Positions 57,694-64,000 of a stretch of 64,000 nt of DNA are shown one piece after another; the stretch's first letter is position 1; every line of letters begins with the position of its first letter. The stretch is from Candidatus Multivoradales bacterium (GTDB lineage Bacteria > Acidobacteriota > Thermoanaerobaculia > Multivoradales > Multivoraceae): contig CBDCWI010000002.1 in NCBI GenBank assembly GCA_965223325.1, forward strand, positions 1,888,001-1,952,000, read 5' to 3'. Below the pieces are notes generated by a model. That model ran no database searches. It saw only the letters and a program-made list of their open reading frames with translations, and was not told where the DNA came from. The translations under genes and the position numbers were made by a program.

Positions 57694-58683
57694 TCAGGCG
57701 CTAGGTTCCGGCACTTCCCACCCGTAGTCGACATAGCGCCAGCTGACCTCGTCGGCGAAGAAGTCGAGCATCGCGTAGCCCTCCTCGAAGCCATCGCGAG
57801 GCCCTCCCCACCAGTTTCCGGAAACGGCGCCTACGGTGGCGAACTCGATGCCCTTGTAGTGGAACACCTCGTTGACGTGGAGATGCCCGGCAAGCACCAG
57901 CTTCACCTGGTGCTTCAGAAGAACAGCGATCACCTCGTGCGCATTGACTACCGCAACGCCAGCGGGAATGCCGCCCTCGGTTCCGCGCATTGACTCGTAG
58001 TAGTTCGACAGGATGGGAATGTGGCCCACGACGACCGTAGGCTTCCCGGCCACTGCGAGATCGTCGTCGAGCCACTGCAACTGCTGAGGGTCGACAAAAC
58101 CGCGGTACCCGCGTTCCGCGGTGATCCCGATGGTGTCGAGAGTGACGAAGTGCCAACCCTCGTGGTCGAAGGAGGCGTAGCTCTGCTGGCGGCCGAAGCG
58201 CTCCTTCCAATAACCCTTGCCATAGAGCGGATCAGTCAGTGCGACCTCGCTCTCTGCATGCACGCCAAAACAGTCGTGATTACCGATGGTGTGGTGGATG
58301 GGAACACCCACGGTAGCGGTCGCCTGATCGAAGAGGTCGTACTGGACGTCGGCGAGCGCTTTGTCGGTCTCCATGATGTCGAAGGCCAGGTCACCACCAG
58401 TGATCATCATCTCCGGTGCCCGAGGCTGAGCCAGGGCATGCGCAACGGCCGTTGCGAAGCCGCGCGGGGCGCCAGCCTGGTCACGCACGTGCGGGTCGGT
58501 AAGAAAAGCCACCGAGAAGTCCGGGCTGGCAGCCCGCTGGCGCGCGAGCGAGCCACACCCAAAAGACGAGAGCGCAGCGGCTCCCATCCCTCCAACTCCA
58601 TACCGCAGGAGCCTTCGGCGACTGATCGCCAGGCCGGGAGAGACATGGTTTGTCGAATTCGTTTGCCGCTCCCGGTTCTTCAT
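57694..58683 (-). CDS. Tat-exported metallophosphoesterase (CpdA/Icc-like)
   Basis: ISRRRLL Tat motif; TDPH, GGD, GNHD, GHIP, AGHLH. Confidence 0.9.
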   Translation of the reverse strand: MKNRERQTNSTNHVSPGLAISRRRLLRYGVGGMGAAALSSFGCGSLARQRAASPDFSVAFLTDPHVRDQAGAPRGFATAVAHALAQPRAPEMMITGGDLAFDIMETDKALADVQYDLFDQATATVGVPIHHTIGNHDCFGVHAESEVALTDPLYGKGYWKERFGRQQSYASFDHEGWHFVTLDTIGITAERGYRGFVDPQQLQWLDDDLAVAGKPTVVVGHIPILSNYYESMRGTEGGIPAGVAVVNAHEVIAVLLKHQVKLVLAGHLHVNEVFHYKGIEFATVGAVSGNWWGGPRDGFEEGYAMLDFFADEVSWRYVDYGWEVPEPSA

Positions 58684-58786
58684 ACCTCCACGCTAGCAGG
58701 GTCGTCGCAACCCGTGCCGGTGCGGTTGATGGCACACCGAGCTGGCAAAGCGAAGCTGGCTTGGAGCGAGCACGTCGCGATGTAGA

Positions 58787-59286
58787 TCAGTCCAGTCGCC
58801 TGGACCGCGAAGCCGACGCTTCCGGAACTAGCGCCCGGCTCAAGTAACGGACCGACTTCCCGCGCTCCGGCAGGTCGGCCTCGCCAAGGACTTCGAATCC
58901 CAGGCGCTCATGAAAGGCGTCGGACCCTGGGTTTGGCGGAACACAGTTCACTTCGCACACCACCCGTTCGTGACCGGCCTTGGCAGCCTGGCGGAGAAGG
59001 TCTTCATAGAGCAGTCGAGCCAGCCCGCGTTTTCGATACTCCAGCGCAACCACGATTCGATCGACGTAGACGAAGCGCTCGTAGCGCGCGTGGAACCAGA
59101 GGAAGTTCGGGCTGCTGTAGCGCGCGCTGTGATCAAGGCGAGCAAGAAGGCACCCGGCCCCGCGACACAAGTCGCCAGGAACGCCTGGTCGATCAGGCTG
59201 GACCACAGAGGGGCGTCGAGGTAGGAGGTCTCATCACGATGCAGATTGTTGAGCGCTCGAAAGGCCTCGAGATCGCTTGGAGACAT
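58787..59286 (-). pseudogene. GNAT acetyltransferase, frameshifted at about 59135
   Basis: DLEAFRALNNLH...AFLLA in one frame continues as DHSARYSSPNFLWF...YVDRIVV...CEVN..PPN..SDAFH in another. Confidence 0.8.
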
Positions 59287-59400
59287 CTCTCTAGCCTGTC
59301 GATGGTAGGTCCTGGAGACATGCCTCAGTCTAAAGTGAGCTCGCTGATCGTAGCTCTGACCAAAGCTCCTGCATCCCAGGCCCGGCCCACCCGGTCGTCT

Positions 59401-60291
59401 CTATTCTCCCGCCCCGGCTCGAGGCTGCCGAACAAGCCCCAGGCGCTTGCCCAACATGCGATCGACGATGCGGGTCGGCAGGAGGCGCGGGACGGTCCAG
59501 CTCTTGAACTTGTCGCGGGCCAGAGCGTAGCGCCACTTCGGCGAAGGGTCCGTCAAGGCGGTGTGGACGACCTCGCCGAGGTAGGCGGCCTCGAGACCGT
59601 TGCGGCCGTCCCTCATCATGCCGCGCTCGAGGCGCCGCATGGGTTTCTCAAAAGGCGTCCCGAGACCCGGGGCGTCTTCGACCTCTTCGGCCTTGTCCCA
59701 GATTGGAGTCTTGACACCACCGGGCGCTACGATCACGACGTCGATCCCGTAGAGCTAGAGTTCGCGGCGCAGACTCCCGGAGAGACCTTCGAGGGCGTGC
59801 TTCGACGCCGTATAGGGGCCGAGAAAAGGCCCAGCCATTTTGCCCGCCATCGAGCTGATCTGCACGATGCGGCCGGGCTTGCCCTCGAGGTCGGTGTCCA
59901 TACCCAGCTGCGGAAGAAAGGCCTGAGTCACGGCAAGCACACCAATGAGATTGACCTCGAGCGTCGTGCGCAGTTGATCGAGCGGCAGGTGAGCGAGAGC
60001 GCCAAACGTGGCGACGCCGGCGTTGTTGACCAGGCCGTCGAGTGTGCGCCCGTCGAGCGCTCTCTGCACTGTCTCGGCACCTCGAGCGATCTCATCGGGT
60101 CTCGTGACGTCAAAGAGAAGTGGCGTGAAGCCTTCGCCGAGATCGGCTGTGACCCGCTCGGCGTCGGCTTGTTTGCGCACGCTGCCGAAAACCCTCCAGC
60201 CGGAACGAAGGAGGACGCGGGCGGTCTCGAGGCCGATGCCAGTGGAGGCACCGGTGACGACTGCGGTTTGGAAGGCGCCGGATCGGTTCAT
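59401..60291 (-). pseudogene. SDR oxidoreductase with in-frame TAG at 59755-59757
   Basis: TGASTGIG, NNAG, YTASK, then LRREL*LYGIDVVIVAPGGVKTPIW in the same frame. Confidence 0.88.
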
Positions 60292-60353
60292 GATGGCATC
60301 AGCTTACCCAGGGCCAGTTTCCGCTCGGGCGACGCTGTCACCTCTAATGGGAC

Positions 60354-60896
60354 CTACTCGCGCACCACCTGGCTGCCTTCGCCGGACCCAACGTAGGCGA
60401 CGAAACGCACCTCGACGACGGCACTCGGATCGAGAAGTGCGGTCGTGCCTACGGCCGTCCAGGCCGGGCGGTGCTCGCCAAAGAACTCGCGATGAACCTT
60501 GATGTAGCTTTTGAACTCCTCGCGAAAGGCCGCAGCGTCGGTTGCACCCACGTGGTAGCTCGACAGCTCAACGACATCCTCAATCGTCGCTCCGGCAGCC
60601 TCGAGAAGTTGCTCGGCGCGCTTGTACATGCCGCGGATCTTGTCCTCATAGGCCCCTTCTCCACCCGCTGGAATGCCCGAGATGATGACCTTGTTGCCGA
60701 CCCTTACGACCGGGGCGTAGCCAAAGTCATAGGCGCCTTGCCAACCCTGCGGGACGAAAACCGTGCTGCTCTGGTCAGTACTGCTCTGGGCGCCGGCGCT
60801 CGCAGTCACGGCTGTACCAAGCACCAGGAGAGCGCTGAGGAGCGCCAGTGCAGTTCTAGGGTTGGGGGTGCCAAACACCGCTTGACCGTGGGACAT
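60354..60896 (-). CDS. RidA/YjgF family protein with signal peptide
   Basis: YAPVVRVG, ISG, LLEAAGATIEDVV, RPAWTAVG, VEV. Confidence 0.85.
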   Translation of the reverse strand: MSHGQAVFGTPNPRTALALLSALLVLGTAVTASAGAQSSTDQSSTVFVPQGWQGAYDFGYAPVVRVGNKVIISGIPAGGEGAYEDKIRGMYKRAEQLLEAAGATIEDVVELSSYHVGATDAAAFREEFKSYIKVHREFFGEHRPAWTAVGTTALLDPSAVVEVRFVAYVGSGEGSQVVRE

Positions 60897-61048
60897 TTTT
60901 CGCCTCTCTCCTTCTCGATCGGGTTCAGTTGCAGCTCGGGCCACTGTTACACACCCCTTACGCCGACGTCCCTCACCCTGAGGTCGGAGCGGGCAGAACC
61001 TGCCGTTGGCGCTGGCATTCCCACAACGTTAAACACGCCTTCGCCTCG

Positions 61049-61483
61049 CTAGACAGGTTCGGCAACGAAGACAGGGATCTTGCGGGTGGTCTTCGCCTGG
61101 TACTCGTCGTAATTCGGAAACGCTCGGACGCCGGCTTTCCACAAGCGATCACGCTCCTCTGCGTCGGTCACCTCTCGCACCACCATGTCGAAGACCTCAG
61201 TGCGATCGCGGATCTGCACCTCTGGATGGGCGCGCAGGTTGTAGACCCAGACCGGGTTCTTTGGCTGGCCTCCCATCGAGCCGATCAACACGTAAGACTC
61301 GTCGACCTTGACCCGCATCAACGGGATCTTGCGGGTTGCACCGGTCTTTCGACCGGTATGAGTGACCAGTACACAGGGCATGCCGGTGTCGCGGAGCTGC
61401 CAGCCACGGGTACCGCCGCTGCTCTCATACTCCTCGACCTGCTCTCTAACCCAGTCGATACTCGGCGGAATGTAGTCCGTCAT
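61049..61483 (-). CDS. Deazaflavin (F420)-dependent nitroreductase / F420H2 quinone reductase family
   Basis: WVREQVEEYESSGG, GRKTGATRKIPL, SMGGQPKNPVWVYNL, YQAKTTRKIPVF. Confidence 0.92.
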   Translation of the reverse strand: MTDYIPPSIDWVREQVEEYESSGGTRGWQLRDTGMPCVLVTHTGRKTGATRKIPLMRVKVDESYVLIGSMGGQPKNPVWVYNLRAHPEVQIRDRTEVFDMVVREVTDAEERDRLWKAGVRAFPNYDEYQAKTTRKIPVFVAEPV

Positions 61484-61636
61484 CAGTCAATGCTCCCGGT
61501 GGTTCGATCAGTCAATCTACACCGCCTGCCCTTGTAGTCGGCCACCAATCGATCGAAGGGCCAGAACTCCGGCACAACGCTCGGCACACCCAGAAACCCA
61601 GCCCCTGGCGTGTCCCGGCTGCGCTCTGAGCCGAGG

Positions 61637-62215
61637 TCAGCCTCGCAGCTTGTGATGCAGGATGATCGGCACGGCGAGCTCCTCTTCATCAACCAGGTGG
61701 CGATCCAGGAGGTCCTCGATACCGCCCGAGAGACCATGAACCGCACCCACCTCATCGAACGCCTGCCGCTCGTCGAGCTGAAGAAGCCGAAGAGCCCGCG
61801 TGGCCTGGGCTGAGAATCGAACGAGAATGCCGTCGAGCACCTGGTGATCTTTCTCGAGGATCTCGAGACCTCGATTGAAGCGCGGGTCGGCGGCAGAGAG
61901 CTCGGGAACGTACGAATGGTCTTCCCAGTGATGGTGACCATTGAGATTCCTGACCAGCGCACCACCGTAGTGGGCCAGTCGATCTGAGTACGCCGCGCTC
62001 GAAAGGTCACGGTCGAGGTACGCCTCGGTGATCTCTCGGGTGTACCGCGACAGACGGCGGAACATCTGGTGGGCACCCAGCCAGTTCTGTGTTGCCTGGG
62101 CGAAGTTCGGATGGTCGAGCCACGCCTCGCGCGGATACTGCTCGAGTAGAAGTCGCATCTCGGCTGGGAGGGGACCCTGCCGGGGTTCGAGGGTTGTTTG
62201 GGTTTCTACTGACAT
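61637..62215 (-). CDS. Hemerythrin (HHE) domain protein
   Basis: WLGAHQMFR, HHHWEDHSYVP, LEKDH, HLVDEEEL; GGAG RBS before ATG 62215. Confidence 0.85.
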   Translation of the reverse strand: MSVETQTTLEPRQGPLPAEMRLLLEQYPREAWLDHPNFAQATQNWLGAHQMFRRLSRYTREITEAYLDRDLSSAAYSDRLAHYGGALVRNLNGHHHWEDHSYVPELSAADPRFNRGLEILEKDHQVLDGILVRFSAQATRALRLLQLDERQAFDEVGAVHGLSGGIEDLLDRHLVDEEELAVPIILHHKLRG

Positions 62216-62388
62216 TCTTCTTCTCCAGGTCCGCCGGACCTCATGAGAACTCCGAGCGATGAAAACGGCCCGAAGCCAGAGCGAGCTCGGGCCTGCGGCT
62301 CCACGCCTCAGGGAACGATCGTGCGGCGGCTCGCGTAGGCGTGCTTCTCGGCCTGGAACCAGGCGCAACGAAAGGTGATGCGTCGCCT
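62216..62388 (-). ncRNA. Candidate structured leader RNA or sRNA upstream of hemerythrin
   Basis: Several stems plus a terminator-like GGCCCGA...TCGGGCC-GTTTTC between promoter and RBS; no family recognised. Confidence 0.4.
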
Positions 62389-62417
62389 ACTATAATTGCG
62401 AAAACAATAATTGTCAA
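62389..62417 (-). promoter_or_regulatory. Near-consensus sigma70 promoter with AT-rich palindromic operator
   Basis: TTGACA (62417-62412)-N17-TATAGT (62394-62389); ATAATTG-N6-CAATAAT at 62392-62411. Confidence 0.78.
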
Positions 62418-62548
62418 CTCAAACACATAGCGAAGGGATCCACTGAGGCCAGCGCTCGCTCTCCTCTCGCGAAGGCCCGATGGTGTCGTTGGCCGCCAAC
62501 GAGCTGATCGCGGCGCCAGCAGGCGCCGGGAGAGATACTCTGCTCCTC

Positions 62549-63379
62549 ATGAAGCATCTGGAGACCGGAACCAATGAGCTCCTCGCCCGGGTCGAGGAAC
62601 GCGTCGCCATCATCACGCTCAATCGACCGGAGAAGCGCAATGCGCTCTCGGACTTCCTGACCCCGGCACTTCGCCAGACGCTGCTCGACGTCGAAGCCGA
62701 TCCTGACGTTCGGGTGGTGATCATCACGGGCGCCGGCGAGGCCTTCTGCGCCGGTGGCGACATCTCGGGAATGGGGCCGAACAAGAAGAGCCCGGAAACG
62801 CCGACGCCAAAGCCCTCGGTCGAGGCGTCCATTCGGGCTCTTCAGCACAAGCAGGAGACCCTGACCCTACGCCTCTTCGAGCTCACGAAACCCACAATCG
62901 CCGCGCTCCCCGGGCCGGCCGCCGGCGCCGGGTTCTCAATCGCCCTCGCTTGTGACCTCAGACTCGCCTCCTCGAACGCGTTCGTGACCACAGCGTTCGC
63001 TCGCATCGGGCTCTCCGGTGACTACGGCGCCAGCTGGCTGCTCCCCCGCCTGGTCGGTCTGGCAAGGGCCAAGGAGCTGTTCTTCACCGGCCGCCGGGTT
63101 GGCGCCAGCGAGGGACTTGCCCTTGGTCTCTGGAACGAAGTAGTCACGGAGGGCGATGTCCGTGAGCGGGCCTTCGAACTCGCGAAACAGATTGCCGAGG
63201 GACCACCCATCGCCCTCGGGTACATGAAGAGCAATCTCAACCGGGGGATCGATCTCGACCTCAAGCAGAGCCTGGCCATCGAGGCCGACCGCATGGTGCG
63301 CTGCACGAGAACCGAAGACCATCGCGAAGCGGTCGCCGCGTTTCTCGAGAAACGACCGCCGGAGTTCAACGGCCGGTAA
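62549..63379 (+). CDS. Enoyl-CoA hydratase/isomerase (crotonase) family
   Basis: ITLNRPEKRNAL, AFCAGGD, AAGAGFSIALACDLR, AFLEKRPPEF. Confidence 0.94.
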   Translation: MKHLETGTNELLARVEERVAIITLNRPEKRNALSDFLTPALRQTLLDVEADPDVRVVIITGAGEAFCAGGDISGMGPNKKSPETPTPKPSVEASIRALQHKQETLTLRLFELTKPTIAALPGPAAGAGFSIALACDLRLASSNAFVTTAFARIGLSGDYGASWLLPRLVGLARAKELFFTGRRVGASEGLALGLWNEVVTEGDVRERAFELAKQIAEGPPIALGYMKSNLNRGIDLDLKQSLAIEADRMVRCTRTEDHREAVAAFLEKRPPEFNGR

Positions 63380-63459
63380 CCAGGGAACGGTTCGAAGCGG
63401 CATCGCCGCGCATCAGCGTCCTCGAGGTCACACCGGCCGGGAATCGAGCGCCAAGCCGC

Positions 63460-63535
63460 GGGCCGGTATTCGAGCAGCCTCTCCTCGTCGAGCTCGACGC
63501 CAAGGCCCGGGCGATCTGGGACCTTGAAGATGCTC
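63460..63535 (-). pseudogene. Orphan C-terminal fragment of a mandelate racemase/muconate lactonising enzyme
   Basis: IFKVPDRPGLGVELDEERLLEYR matches the characteristic enolase-superfamily C-terminus; no rest of gene. Confidence 0.55.
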
Positions 63536-63542
63536 TCTTGAA

Positions 63543-64000
63543 TCAGCTCCTCTCGAGCTCCGAACGGATGTAGGCCTCCGGAAGGCCATGTTCTCGAGCA
63601 CCCTTGACCACCAGAGCGACGTACCAATCGAAAGGCCCTCTGTTGGAGGGCGCGCCGACGTATTGGTAGGTCAGAGCATCGACTGGCTGCTCGCCTCTCT
63701 GCACCGATACCCGAATCGGCGTGTAGCCGCCCTCGAAACCATCGAGTCCAGGTCGATCAGAGAGCGCGATCTCGTAGATCTCGTAGATCACCCCCAGGAC
63801 GGTCTCCCCTGAAACCGCGCGCAGATTGAGCTTGGCCGAGCCATCCTTCGACGGCTTGTCGTAGACCAGACAGAAGTCACTCAGCCGACCGAGGCCAACC
63901 AACCGGGCCGAGGGGCATCGTGAGCGCATTCGCGGTTCGTAGAGATTGGAACCGTACGCAAAGTAGCGGAAGCTCTCGCCGCTGCCCGAATCACCCGGTC
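63543..64000 (-). CDS. Gamma-glutamylcyclotransferase family protein, 5'-truncated by window edge
   Basis: Frame open to the edge: FRYFAYGSNL...RCPSA...DGSAK...GVIYEI...LDGFEGGY...GAREHGLPEAY. Confidence 0.9.
   Translation of the reverse strand, partial: PGDSGSGESFRYFAYGSNLYEPRMRSRCPSARLVGLGRLSDFCLVYDKPSKDGSAKLNLRAVSGETVLGVIYEIYEIALSDRPGLDGFEGGYTPIRVSVQRGEQPVDALTYQYVGAPSNRGPFDWYVALVVKGAREHGLPEAYIRSELERS

Noticed and set aside
59755-59757. Pyrrolysine or genetic-code reassignment
   Set aside because: TAG terminates many intact genes here (1813, 11697, 13881, 33050, 44583); no pyl genes in the window.
63768-63789. 9-bp in-frame duplications (IYEIYEI; also EIDEIDE near 52690-52712)
   Set aside because: Minor slippage events with no evident functional meaning.

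Overview
High-GC (mid-60s % by eye) bacterial chromosome segment with about 46 genes, dominated by exported hydrolases and beta-propeller proteins: two Ntn acylases, a cyanophycinase, an S9 peptidase, DUF885, amidohydrolases, serine hydrolases, a VPS10/BNR protein and phosphatases. It also carries two small surface-glycan modification loci (GT4-asnB-GT4; asnB plus sulfotransferase), redox proteins (cytochrome c-PQQ dehydrogenase, tetraheme cytochrome c, F420-dependent reductase, hemerythrin) and four regulators. Gene repertoire, a C-terminal FxDDFE[ST]G...W motif and apparent leaderless promoters suggest an Acidobacteriota (Thermoanaerobaculia-like) heterotroph; this is inference only. No rRNA, tRNA, CRISPR array or prophage was seen. 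The signals least explained by ordinary annotation are: (1) a near-consensus sigma70 promoter with an AT-rich operator driving a highly structured ~170-nt leader or sRNA ahead of a hemerythrin gene; (2) a RAYT/Y1 HUH transposase bracketed by inverted, non-palindromic CAGTCGGGGGGA repeats; (3) a TIGR02147/DUF4423 gene heading a VOC-SRPBCC operon, with a palindrome over its own start; (4) a recurrent C-terminal putative sorting motif; (5) a propeller-amidohydrolase-serine hydrolase triple fusion; (6) a BlaI / M56-ankyrin / S41-like operon with tandem operators. Two disrupted genes and two orphan 3' gene remnants are also present. All family calls come from motif recognition by eye; no searches were run.
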